Positions 45,289-54,566 of a DNA stretch of 64,000 nucleotides are shown in pieces. The DNA is from Acidimicrobiales bacterium. GTDB taxonomy: Bacteria > Actinomycetota > Acidimicrobiia > Acidimicrobiales > JAUJNH01. The notes under the pieces are model-generated. The model did no database searches and was not told the DNA's origin. It saw only the letters and a list, made by a program, of their open reading frames with translations. Every line of letters begins with the position of its first letter. The first letter of the stretch is position 1. Location of the stretch: positions 15,268 through 79,267 of the forward strand of contig JBBSKY010000001.1 of the NCBI GenBank assembly GCA_038255915.1, read 5' to 3'. A program made the position numbers and the translations under genes.

Positions 45289-46284
45289 ATGGCCTACCGT
45301 GACGTGGAGCCCGAGGCGCCGGACGGCCCGCCGCCCACCTGGCTCGACAGCCGGCGGGAGAAGCAGCAGGCGTGGAGGGCGAACAGCCCGGAGTGGCGCG
45401 AGCGCATGGTGCCGAAGACGGTGCTCGGCATCTCGACGATCATCCTAGCCTTCGCCGTCGGCAGCGCCTTCTCGGGCGTGGCGCTCTACGCCTACTACCA
45501 GAACAAGATCGATGAGGACGCCAAGTTCAACACCGACTTCGCCAACCAGTTCGGCGAGCAGTTCGACAATGCCAAGAAGACCATCGAGAACGAGGCCACC
45601 AACGCCAGGGCGGCCATCCAGGGGGAGCTCGAGCCGCTCCGGCGCTCCGCGGCCGGCGGTGACACGCTGACCAACCTGCAGAAGGTGGTGGCCCCCGCCA
45701 CCTTCTTCGTGCAGACCCAGGACGAGGCGGGGGCTCCTTCGGTGGGCTCGGCCTTCGTGGTGGCGAGCGACAGCAAGCAGTCGTTCCTTCTCGCCTCCTA
45801 CGCCACGGTGAAGTCGAGCACCCGGGCGCCGGGGCCGGGGATCATGGCGCGCCAGGGCGGCAACCAGATCAAGGCCACCCTGTGGACCTGGGACGAGAGC
45901 AAGGACCTGGCCCTCCTGATCATCGACCGCGGCAGCCTGCCCAAGGTGGCCTTCGCACCGGCGGCGCCGGCCCTCAAGCTGGGCGAGCGGGTGTTCGCCG
46001 TCAGCGGCCTGGGCGGGGCCGGCACCCCGATCACCCAGGGCTTCGTGGCCGACATCTCGGCCGCCGGGATCATGCACGACGCCGCCGTGGGCCAGGGGTT
46101 CCAGGGTGGCCCGCTCATCAACTCCGACGGCAAGGTGCTGGGAGTGGCCAGCCGCCGCTACGCCCCCCTCGGCTACGAGAGCGACGGGGTCACCTTCGCC
46201 ATCCCCAGCCGGACGGCGTGTGACAAGGTGCTGAAGTGCCCGAACAGCGACCCCGGCGGCGCCACCCCCGGAGCCAAGGCGTAG
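45289..46284 (+). CDS. Membrane-anchored trypsin-like (S1C/HtrA-like) domain protein with a degenerate catalytic triad
   Basis: One TM segment, a coiled linker, then GSAFVV...LLASYATV, DLALLII, and HDAAVGQGFQGGPLINSDGKVLGV. The fold motifs are present, but the His and Ser positions are substituted. Confidence 0.75.
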   Translation: MAYRDVEPEAPDGPPPTWLDSRREKQQAWRANSPEWRERMVPKTVLGISTIILAFAVGSAFSGVALYAYYQNKIDEDAKFNTDFANQFGEQFDNAKKTIENEATNARAAIQGELEPLRRSAAGGDTLTNLQKVVAPATFFVQTQDEAGAPSVGSAFVVASDSKQSFLLASYATVKSSTRAPGPGIMARQGGNQIKATLWTWDESKDLALLIIDRGSLPKVAFAPAAPALKLGERVFAVSGLGGAGTPITQGFVADISAAGIMHDAAVGQGFQGGPLINSDGKVLGVASRRYAPLGYESDGVTFAIPSRTACDKVLKCPNSDPGGATPGAKA

Positions 46285-46294
46285 CTCGCAGGGG

Positions 46295-48547
46295 CTACGG
46301 CCCGAAGAGCCCCGTGCGCCGGCTGGTGGTGGTGGTCGTGGACGGCGGGATCGTCGTGGACGTGGGGGCCACGGGGCGGGTCGTCGGCGTCGGCCTGACG
46401 TTGCCACCGATGATCTCGTAGGGGCCGCCGGGGCTGGTGGGGATGGCCTCGCGCTTGTCGCCCGGGTCGATGAGGCCCCGCTCGCGGCGGCGGGCCTCGT
46501 CCTCGACGTTGCTCACCGGCGGCGGGACGTTGAAGTCGGTGGGCGGGACCCCCTCGAGGGCCTGGTTCATGAAGCCCTGCCAGGTGGCGGCCGGGATGGT
46601 GCCGCCGAACACCGTGGCCACGCCCTTGATGCCCTTGAGGGGCTGGCCCTCGTCGTAGCCCAGGCTGACCGCCGTCGACAGGTTGGGGGTGTAGCCCACG
46701 AACCAGGCGTCGAAGTTGTCGTTGGTCGAGCCGGTCTTGCCGGCCGCGGGCCGGCCGATCCCCTTGCCTCGGGCCGTCCCCGACTCGAGCGGGCCCCGCA
46801 GCAGGCTGTTCATGGTGTCGGCCACGCCCTCCTCCATCACCCGGGTGCCGTCGGGCTGGAGGTTGTCCTCGATGACCTTGCCGTCCTTGTCGACGATCTT
46901 GACGATGGGGGTGGCGGGCACCCGCACCCCCCGGTTGGCGAACACCCCGTAGGCCGCGGCCATGTCGAGGCTGGACACCTCGATGGCCCCGAGGGTGTAG
47001 CTGGCGCCGTGCACGCTCGGGCTCAACCACACCTGGCTCATCCCCAGCTTGGTGGCCTCCTCGGCGATGGCCTTGTTGCCGATCTCGGCGGCGAGACGGG
47101 CGAACACCACGTTGACCGAGCCGGTGGTGGCCTGGGCCAGCGTGAGCGAGCCGCCGCCCGAGATGTTGTCGCCGGCGTTGTTGATGTCGCACTTGTCGCC
47201 CTTGCAGCCCGGCACCCGGTAGGGGGCGGCGGAGGAGTACGTCTTGGCCGGGGAGATCCCCTTCTCGAGGGCGGCGGCGAGGGTGAAGGCCTTGAACGTC
47301 GATCCGGGCTGGTCGCCCGAGCCTCCACCCTCGATGGGCAGGGTATCCTTCCAGCACGGGGCCGGCACATCGACCCTGACGTCAGGCTTGGGCTTGAAGC
47401 AACGCCCGAGGGCGGTGTTCACCTTGCCCACGAAGGGGTCGTTGGGGTCACGGCCCCCGACGAGGGCCTTGACCCGCCCGGTGCCGGGCTCGACCGCCAC
47501 CAGGGTCATGTTCAGCAGGTTCGGGTCGCCGTTGCGCTTCGGGTCCTTGAAGGGCTTGGTGCCGGCCAGGGCGTCGGCCACCTGCTTCTCGGCCTTGGCC
47601 TGGAGGTCGGGCTCCACCGTGGTCTGGATGGTGAGGCCGCCCCGGAAGACGAGGTCCTCGCCGTACTTGTTGAGGAGGAAGCGCCGCACGTAGTCGACGA
47701 AGTACGGGTAGCGCGACTGCGGCTGCTCCCGCGGGTACACCACGGTGGCCAGCTTCGGGTTGGCCGGCTTGTCGCCCGGGACGAGCTTGGCCCGGAGGGC
47801 GTCGGCGTGCTCGGTGGGGGTGAGGAAGCCCTGGGCCAGCATCTTGTCGAGGACGATCACCCGCTTCTGCTCGGCCCGGTCGGGGAAGTCGCGGGGCGAG
47901 TAGAACGACGGCGCGGGGATGACCCCGGCGATCGTGGCGGCCTCGCTGGCCGACAGCTGGAAGACCGACTTGCGGAAGTAGGTCTCGGCGGCGGCGCCCA
48001 CGCCGAAGGTGCCCTCGCCGAGGGAGATGATCGAGAGGTACTTGAAGAGGATCTCGTCCTTGTCGATCTTGCGGTCGAGCTGGCTGGCCAGGACCGCCTC
48101 CTTGACCTTGCGGGCCAGGGTGCGCTCCTTGCCGGTGTAGGTCTGCTTGACGTACTGCTGGGTGATGGTGGAGCCGCCCTGCAGGGCGTTTCCTTGGAGG
48201 TCGTTCACCAGCGCCCGGGCGGAGCCCCGGATGTCGACGCCGCTGTGCTGGTAGAAGCGGCTGTCCTCGGCGGCGATCACCGCCTGCTTGAGGACCAGCG
48301 GGATGTCCTGGGGCTGCACGGGCACGTTCTGCTCGAAGGCCTTGAAGACCCCGATCTCGTTGCCCTGGGCGTCGAGCACGCGACTTGACTGGCTCGACTC
48401 GACCACCCGGGCCTCGGGCAGGGTGGCCGGGAGCGGGACGAACAGCAGCGTGGCCAGCATGATGACGGCAACGACGATCGGGACCACCGTCGTGCAGAAC
48501 AGGAACAGGACCACGCCCCGGCCCACCATCTTCGCCGCACGCCACAT
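46295..48547 (-). CDS. Class A penicillin-binding protein (glycosyltransferase + transpeptidase)
   Basis: GT51 motifs AAEDSRFYQHSGVD and GGSTITQQYVK. Transpeptidase motifs GSTFK and KTGST. N-terminal TM segment and a Thr/Pro-rich C-terminus. Confidence 0.9.
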   Translation of the reverse strand: MWRAAKMVGRGVVLFLFCTTVVPIVVAVIMLATLLFVPLPATLPEARVVESSQSSRVLDAQGNEIGVFKAFEQNVPVQPQDIPLVLKQAVIAAEDSRFYQHSGVDIRGSARALVNDLQGNALQGGSTITQQYVKQTYTGKERTLARKVKEAVLASQLDRKIDKDEILFKYLSIISLGEGTFGVGAAAETYFRKSVFQLSASEAATIAGVIPAPSFYSPRDFPDRAEQKRVIVLDKMLAQGFLTPTEHADALRAKLVPGDKPANPKLATVVYPREQPQSRYPYFVDYVRRFLLNKYGEDLVFRGGLTIQTTVEPDLQAKAEKQVADALAGTKPFKDPKRNGDPNLLNMTLVAVEPGTGRVKALVGGRDPNDPFVGKVNTALGRCFKPKPDVRVDVPAPCWKDTLPIEGGGSGDQPGSTFKAFTLAAALEKGISPAKTYSSAAPYRVPGCKGDKCDINNAGDNISGGGSLTLAQATTGSVNVVFARLAAEIGNKAIAEEATKLGMSQVWLSPSVHGASYTLGAIEVSSLDMAAAYGVFANRGVRVPATPIVKIVDKDGKVIEDNLQPDGTRVMEEGVADTMNSLLRGPLESGTARGKGIGRPAAGKTGSTNDNFDAWFVGYTPNLSTAVSLGYDEGQPLKGIKGVATVFGGTIPAATWQGFMNQALEGVPPTDFNVPPPVSNVEDEARRRERGLIDPGDKREAIPTSPGGPYEIIGGNVRPTPTTRPVAPTSTTIPPSTTTTTSRRTGLFGP

Positions 48548-48606
48548 GCGGGGAGTCTCCCACGAGACCGGGACATCAAGGGCGTCGGCGCCTACGCTGC
48601 GGCCCA

Positions 48607-49860
48607 GTGGAGGGGCGCCCGCCGTCGGTCGACCGGCTGGCCCGGTCCCTGGCCGGTTCGGGCCTTCCCCACCCCCTGTGCGTCGAGGTGGCCCGCGCCG
48701 CCATCGACGACGACGACTGGGAGGCGGCGCCGGCCCGGGCCGATGATCTGGCCGCCGCCCTGCTCGGCCCCGTGGTCAACGCCACCGGTGTGCTGCTGCA
48801 CACCAACCTCGGGCGGGCGCCGCTGTCCGCCCCGGCCGGCGGCGGCCCGGTCCGCTACCAGAGCCTCGAGGTCGACGTCTCCTCGGGTCGGCGCGGCAGC
48901 CGCCAGGGGTATGGCCGGCCCGCCGACCTGCTGTGCCAGCTCACCGGCGCCGAGGCCGCCCTCGTGGTCGGCAACGGGGCCGGCGCCATCCTCCTGGCCC
49001 TGGCCGCCACCGCGGCCGGTCAGCGGGTCAGCGTCGGGCGGGGCCAGCTGGTGGAGATCGGGGGCGGCTTCCGGGTCCCCGAGGTGGTCGAGCAGTCGGG
49101 CTGCCACCTGGTCGAGGTGGGCACCACCAACCGGACCCGGGCCGCCGACCACGCCGCCGCCGTCGCCGAGGTGGTCCTCCACGTGCACGCCTCGAACTAC
49201 CGGATCGTGGGCTTCACCGAGCAGCCGACGATCGCCCAGCTGGCCGCCCTCGGCCGCCCCGTCATCGCCGATGTAGGCTCGGGCCTCCTCGACGCCGCCT
49301 GCCCGTGGCTGCCCGGCCCCCCGCCGCCCTGGCTGGCCGACGAGCCCGCCGTCCGCCAGGCCCTCGACGACGGCGCCGCCCTCGTCACCTTCTCCTGCGA
49401 CAAGCTCCTCGCCGGCCCTCAGGGCGGGGTGATCGCCGGCCGACGCGACCTGGTCGAGGCCTGCGCCCGCCACCCCCTCGCCCGGGCCCTGCGCCCCGGT
49501 GGCCTGGTCCTCCAGGCCCTCTCGGACGTTCTGCTCGCCTACCTCCGCCGCGATGTCGCCACCACCGTCCCGTTCTGGCGCATGGCGCTCACCCCGGTCG
49601 GCCAGCTGCGCGACCGGGCGGCCGCCCTCGGCGTCGGTGACGTGGTGGACACCGTCGCCGTGCCCGGCGGCGGCAGCGTGCCGGGCCAGGAGGTGCCGAG
49701 CGCCGGGGTGGCCCTCGACGGCGATCTGGCCGCCGCCCTGCGCCGCAACCACCCGCCGGTGATGGCCCGGGTCGAGGCCGGCCGCACCATCTGCGACCTC
49801 CGCACCGTCGACCCGGCCGACGACGAGGTCCTGAAGGCGGCGCTGACCCCGCTGGCTTAG
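48607..49860 (+). CDS. selA: L-seryl-tRNA(Sec) selenium transferase
   Basis: PSVDRLAR..., VVNATGVLLHTNLGRAPLS, and FSCDKLLAGPQGG (PLP Lys). GTG start. The N-terminal domain looks shorter than in E. coli SelA. Confidence 0.85.
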   Translation: MEGRPPSVDRLARSLAGSGLPHPLCVEVARAAIDDDDWEAAPARADDLAAALLGPVVNATGVLLHTNLGRAPLSAPAGGGPVRYQSLEVDVSSGRRGSRQGYGRPADLLCQLTGAEAALVVGNGAGAILLALAATAAGQRVSVGRGQLVEIGGGFRVPEVVEQSGCHLVEVGTTNRTRAADHAAAVAEVVLHVHASNYRIVGFTEQPTIAQLAALGRPVIADVGSGLLDAACPWLPGPPPPWLADEPAVRQALDDGAALVTFSCDKLLAGPQGGVIAGRRDLVEACARHPLARALRPGGLVLQALSDVLLAYLRRDVATTVPFWRMALTPVGQLRDRAAALGVGDVVDTVAVPGGGSVPGQEVPSAGVALDGDLAAALRRNHPPVMARVEAGRTICDLRTVDPADDEVLKAALTPLA

Positions 49861-49881
49861 ACGGTCGAGGACCTCTGATGC

Positions 49882-50442
49882 TCAGCAGCGGTTGATCGTG
49901 CCGTCCGGGAGTCGCACCTCGAGAACCGACCCGTCCGCCCGCCGGAAGGCGACCCCCAGGGCGCAGGGCACCCAGCCGTTCTCATCGGGGGGCACCGGGC
50001 GGAACGCGCCGTCGGCAGGACGGAGCAGCGTGACGGCGGCGCTGTCGCGCTCGATGATGAGCAGCTCTTCCACGCCGAAGCGGGCATAGAACGGCATCTT
50101 GGTGTCCGTCTCGTCGCCCGGCGAACGGATCTCGACGACGAGCACCGCTCCACCCTCCACACCCCGGTGGGTCGCCTGCTCGGGCCGGAGCACCACCAGA
50201 TCGGGCACGCGCCACGACTTCGAACCTTGGTAGAGGCCAGCCTCTGCCACCACCTCCAGCCCAGCCTCGTCGGCGATAGGCCCAAGTGCGCGGAGGAGGA
50301 GGGCCTCTCTGCGCTGGTGGCCGAAGCTCGGCGGCGGGACCATGTGCAGCTCGCCCTCCCACATCTCGTCGCGACCGTCGAGGCCGAGGCGTTCACGCTC
50401 GGCGAGGAGATGCTCCGGGGCTTCGAGGAAGACCACCCGCAC
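49882..50442 (-). CDS. Uma2-family (DUF820) putative endonuclease
   Basis: [16 protein letters not shown]..., VPDLVVL..., [32 protein letters not shown] is a PD-(D/E)xK-like Uma2 pattern. The GTG start at 50442 or 50436 is uncertain. Confidence 0.7.
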   Translation of the reverse strand: MRVVFLEAPEHLLAERERLGLDGRDEMWEGELHMVPPPSFGHQRREALLLRALGPIADEAGLEVVAEAGLYQGSKSWRVPDLVVLRPEQATHRGVEGGAVLVVEIRSPGDETDTKMPFYARFGVEELLIIERDSAAVTLLRPADGAFRPVPPDENGWVPCALGVAFRRADGSVLEVRLPDGTINRC

Positions 50443-50498
50443 AACTGCCGATGGTACCCGTGACGCATACCGGTTCCGGGCCGGGAGGAGCCGGATGC

Positions 50499-51190
50499 TC
50501 AGCGCGGTGTGGCCGCCGCGGCCTGGAGGCGCAGGGCGGGCTTGTCGATCTTGCCGGTGGCGTTGCGGGGGATCTCGGTGACCAGGTGCACCACCCGCGG
50601 CATGGCGTCGTCGGCCATCTGGGCCCGCACCCACTCGCGCACGTCGCCGGCCGTCAGCGACGCACCGGGGCTGGCCACCACGAAGGCGGTGACGGTCTCA
50701 AAGGCGACGGGGTTGGGGACCCCGACGACCGCGGCGTCATCGATGTCGGGGTGGGCCACCAGCAGCTGCTCGACCTCGGCCGAGAAGATCTTGTGGCCAC
50801 CCCGGTTGATCATGTCCTTCTTACGGTCGAGGATGAACACATAGCCCTCGGCGTCGATGCGGGCGATGTCGCCGGTGCGGAACCAGCCGTCGGGCGTTAT
50901 GGCCGCGGCGGTGGCCTCCGGGTCGCCGTAGTAGCCGGTGGTCACGAGGGACCCCCGGAGCCACAGCTCTCCCGGTTCGCCGGCGCTGAGCGGCACACCG
51001 TCGTCGTCGACCACCTGGGCCTCCATGCACGGCAGCGGCCGGCCCACCGACCCCGGCTTCGCTCGGAACTCGCCGTCGAGGAGCATGGTGGCCGGCGAGT
51101 GGGTCTCGGAGAGCCCGTAGATGTCGTGCAGGCGGGCCTGCATCGCCAGGGCGCGCGGAGCCTCGGTGGCCGACGGCTCCCTCCCCCTCG
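50499..51190 (-). pseudogene. C-terminal half of an AMP-dependent synthetase/ligase (acyl-CoA synthetase); N-terminal half missing
   Basis: [55 protein letters not shown] and [11 protein letters not shown] are present. The SGTTGxPKG region of about 300 aa is absent, and homology stops just before the mazE start. Confidence 0.7.
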
Positions 51191-51278
51191 CCTCCAGATG
51201 CACGGCGCAGATCCCGCAGCACACGGAACGGCATCGGGAGGGCAGCCACACGTGGCGGAATCATGCCACAATCCTGGC

Positions 51279-51515
51279 ATGGCCCGAGTACGCGTGAGCA
51301 CAACGGTTGACGAGCACCTCCTGCAGGAGGCGAGGCGCTTGCGGGCCGGCGGGACCGATGCCGCCCTGCTCGACGAGGCCCTTCAGTCGCTGCTCGCCCG
51401 CCACCGGGCGACCGAGATCGATGCTGGTTACGCCGCCTACGACGAGCACCCCCTCGACGAGCCCGATGCCTGGGGTGACCTCGCCTCGTTCAGCAACGCT
51501 GCTGGGGCCTCGTGA
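51279..51515 (+). CDS. Putative antitoxin partnered with MazF/PemK
   Basis: [39 protein letters not shown]. Overlaps the toxin start by 4 nt. It is the only coherent part of the 409-aa run-on ORF. Confidence 0.6.
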   Translation: MARVRVSTTVDEHLLQEARRLRAGGTDAALLDEALQSLLARHRATEIDAGYAAYDEHPLDEPDAWGDLASFSNAAGAS

Positions 51516-51847
51516 GGCAGGCACCGCAGCGGGGAGAGCTCTGGTGGTGCGAGCTGCCTCACCTCGGCCCGCGCCCGGTTGTCGTGCTCTCCAGGGACGC
51601 AGCGATCCCGCGGTTGCGACGTTGCCTCGTCGGCCCGTGCACCACGACGGTGCGGGGGCTGGCGAGCGAGGTCGTCCTCGAGCCAGGCGACGACCCGATC
51701 GGACAGCGCAGCGCCATCAACCTCGATTCGATCGAGAACGTCTCCGTAGCCACGCTCGTCGACCGCATCGGCCGCCTGAGCGACGACCGCATGCGCCAGG
51801 TGTGCCAGGCGTTGAAGGTGGCGGTCGACTGCGGCTCGTCATCGTGA
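51512..51847 (+). CDS. mazF: MazF/PemK-family endoribonuclease toxin (second copy)
   Basis: [27 protein letters not shown]...[14 protein letters not shown]...[11 protein letters not shown]. Same layout as the 34717-35040 product. Confidence 0.8.
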   Translation: MRQAPQRGELWWCELPHLGPRPVVVLSRDAAIPRLRRCLVGPCTTTVRGLASEVVLEPGDDPIGQRSAINLDSIENVSVATLVDRIGRLSDDRMRQVCQALKVAVDCGSSS

Positions 51848-52277
51848 TCCCTTGGCGTGTCGGGCCGGGGGTGCTGGAGCTGCCGGACGGGCGCAGGATC
51901 CGCGGTCGAGGGTTTCGGCGACCACTGCCCGAGGGCGGCCAGGAACCACAGTTCGGCGTGTACCTCTGGCCGGCGGCAGAGCCCCCTGAAGCGCTCAGGA
52001 GCCGGTGGTGCTGAGGACGGCCCGCCGCAGGGCGGAGGTCTGGGCGAACACCAGGTGGAAGGTGGCCTCGCGGGCCCAGCGCTGCGCCGGCTGGGAGGTG
52101 GCCAGGTCGGCCACCAGCCCCTCGGCCACCTCCACCAGCTGGTCCTGCGATTTCAACATGGGTTGAATCTAGGCCAGGCCCGGATTGGCGGCCGGACACC
52201 ACCTGGCAACGGCTCGGGACGGGTTGCCGGCTGATCGCTCGGGTGACTAGCGGCAACGTCGGGGCCATGCTGGAGGC

Positions 52278-54005
52278 GTGCCCGTCGTCGCCACCGCCGG
52301 CCACGTCGACCACGGCAAGTCGACGCTGGTGCTGGCGCTGACCGGCACCGACCCGGACCGCTGGGCCGAGGAGAAGGCAAGGGGCCTGACCATCGACCTC
52401 GGGTTCGCCGCCACCGACCTCGGGGAAGACCGCCTCGAGCTGGTCGACGTGCCCGGCCACGTGCGCTTCCTGCCCAACATGCTGGCCGGGGTGGGCGCAG
52501 TGGACGCCTGCCTGTTCGTGGTGGCCGCCACCGAGGGCTGGAAGCCGCAGACCGAGGAGCACCTGCGCATCCTCGAGCTGCTGGGCGTCAACCGCGGGAT
52601 CGTGGCCCTGACCAAGGTGGGGCTGGTCGACGACGACACCCAGCAGCTGGCCCGCTGGGAGGTGGAGGAGCGCCTGGCCGGCTCACCGCTGGCCGATGCC
52701 CCGGTCGTGGCGGTCGACGCCCTGGCCGGCATCGGCCTCGTCGACCTGCGGGCCGCCCTGGCCGAGCTGCTGGGCCAGCTGCCCCCGCCGACCGACCGGG
52801 GCCGGGCCCGGCTGTGGGTGGACCGCTCCTTCGCGGCCCGGGGCTCGGGGACGGTGGTGACCGGCACGCTGGCCGGGGGGACCCTGGGGGTGGGCGACGA
52901 GGTGGAGCTGCGCCCCTCGGGCCGGCGGGCCCGGGTGCGGGGCCTGCAGACCCACGGCGCCGCCCGCGAACAGGTGGGCCCGGGGCACCGGTTGGCGGTG
53001 AACCTCGTCGGGGTCAGCCATCAGGACGTGCGCCGGGGCGAGGCGGTCGTGCACCCCGGGCGGTGGGCGGCCAGCTCCCGCTTCGACGGATCGCTCGGGG
53101 TGCTCGCCGCCCTCGACCACGAGGTGTCCCGGCGGGGTGCCCACATCCTCCACGTCGGGACTGCGGCCGTACCTTGCAGGCTTCGGGTGCTGGGACCTGA
53201 CCGGCTGGCTCCGGGCGAGCACGGCCTGGTGCGCATCCACCTGCCCGGCCCGCTGCCGCTGCAGCCCGGCGACCGGTTCGTGGTGCGCGAGCACGGGCGG
53301 GGCGAGACGATCGGCGGCGGCGAGGTGCTCGACGTCGACCCGGTGGTGCGGGTGTCGCGGGCCAAGCCCGACCGCTCGGTGGCCCGGGTGGTGGCCGAGC
53401 GGGGCTGGGTCACCGCCGACATGCTCGAACGGCTGACCGGCGAGCCAGCCGTGCCGACGGTCGGGCGCTGGGTGGCCTCGCCCGAGGCCCTGGCCGAGAC
53501 GATCGCTCTGGTGGCCGCCGCCGTTGAGGGCGCCGGCCCCCTCGGGCTCGACGCCGCCGCCCTCGACAAGAAGCAGCGCCTGGTGGCCGAGGCCGGGCTG
53601 GTCGAGGGCGTGGCCCTGCTCGACGGCCGGTGGCGCCTGGCCGCCGCCGCCCCCGACCCGCTGGAGGGCCACCCGTGGCTGGCCGCGGTGCGGGCCGAGC
53701 TGTTCTCGCCGCCCCCGCCCGACGGGGTGGACCGGACCGAGCTGCGCGAGCTGGCCCGTCGTGGCGCGGTCCTCGAGCGCGACGGCACCTGGTTCGCGGC
53801 CGAGGCGGTCGACGCCGCCGCCGTCACCGCCGCCGTCCTCCTGGCCCAGCACCCCGACGGCGTCACCCTGTCCCAGCTGCGCGAGGTGTGGGGCACCACC
53901 CGCAAGTGGGCCGTGCCCCTCGCCTCCCTCCTCGACGCCAGCGGCGCCACCCGCCGGCGCGGCGACCTCAGGGTGGCGGGGCCCCGTCTGCCCAGCGGTT
54001 CGTGA
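52278..54005 (+). CDS. selB: Selenocysteine-specific translation elongation factor
   Basis: VATAGHVDHGKSTL, DVPGH, ALTKVGLVD (G1-G4 motifs), followed by EF-Tu-like domains II/III and C-terminal winged-helix repeats. GTG start. Confidence 0.9.
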   Translation: MPVVATAGHVDHGKSTLVLALTGTDPDRWAEEKARGLTIDLGFAATDLGEDRLELVDVPGHVRFLPNMLAGVGAVDACLFVVAATEGWKPQTEEHLRILELLGVNRGIVALTKVGLVDDDTQQLARWEVEERLAGSPLADAPVVAVDALAGIGLVDLRAALAELLGQLPPPTDRGRARLWVDRSFAARGSGTVVTGTLAGGTLGVGDEVELRPSGRRARVRGLQTHGAAREQVGPGHRLAVNLVGVSHQDVRRGEAVVHPGRWAASSRFDGSLGVLAALDHEVSRRGAHILHVGTAAVPCRLRVLGPDRLAPGEHGLVRIHLPGPLPLQPGDRFVVREHGRGETIGGGEVLDVDPVVRVSRAKPDRSVARVVAERGWVTADMLERLTGEPAVPTVGRWVASPEALAETIALVAAAVEGAGPLGLDAAALDKKQRLVAEAGLVEGVALLDGRWRLAAAAPDPLEGHPWLAAVRAELFSPPPPDGVDRTELRELARRGAVLERDGTWFAAEAVDAAAVTAAVLLAQHPDGVTLSQLREVWGTTRKWAVPLASLLDASGATRRRGDLRVAGPRLPSGS

Positions 54006-54564
54006 CGGCGGTGAGGACCATGTCGAGGAGGGCCTTGGCGTAGGCCTCGTCGGGGCGCTCGTGGTGCACCAGCTTCTTGTAGAACATCGGGCCGGCGACC
54101 AGGTCGGCCACGATGGACAGGTCGAGGCCGGGACGCAGCTCGCCCCGCTCGGCGGCCCGCTCCAGGGCGGCCACCAGGTGGCGGCGGCGGCGGGACACGA
54201 AGTCCTTGTGGACGGTGGCCAGCTCGGGGTCGCGGCTGGCGGCCTCGGCCAGGGTGGGGAGCACCTGCGACAGGATCCCGGTGCTGCACACCTGGCCGAT
54301 GCGCTCGTAGGCCGCCTCGAGGTCGCCGCGCAGGCTGCCCCGGTCGACGGCTTCGTCCTCGGTGATCAGCGAAGAGATGGCGTCGACGATGAGGTCGGCC
54401 CGCGACGCCCAGTGCCGGTACACGGTGGCCTTGCCCACCCCGGCCCGGGTGGCCACGGCATCGACCGTGAGGCCACCCACCCCCTCCTCGGCCAGGAGGG
54501 CCAGCGTGGCGGCCATGATCGCCGCCTTCGAGCGCTCCGTTCGGGGCGAGGTGGTGAGCGGCAC
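53968..54564 (-). CDS. TetR-family transcriptional regulator
   Basis: [40 protein letters not shown] is a TetR HTH. Starts 3 nt after the MFS gene stop. Its 3' end overlaps the selB 3' end by 38 nt (convergent). Confidence 0.85.
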   Translation of the reverse strand: [198 protein letters not shown]

Positions 54565-54566
54565 GG

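Noticed and set aside
51848-52277. Candidate tRNA-Sec (selC) between the mazF copy and selB
   Set aside because: Loops containing TCA were checked on both strands (around 52150 and 52165-52180). Their flanking sequences are not complementary, and no 8-bp acceptor stem or long variable arm could be folded. Proper software is needed for a definitive negative.
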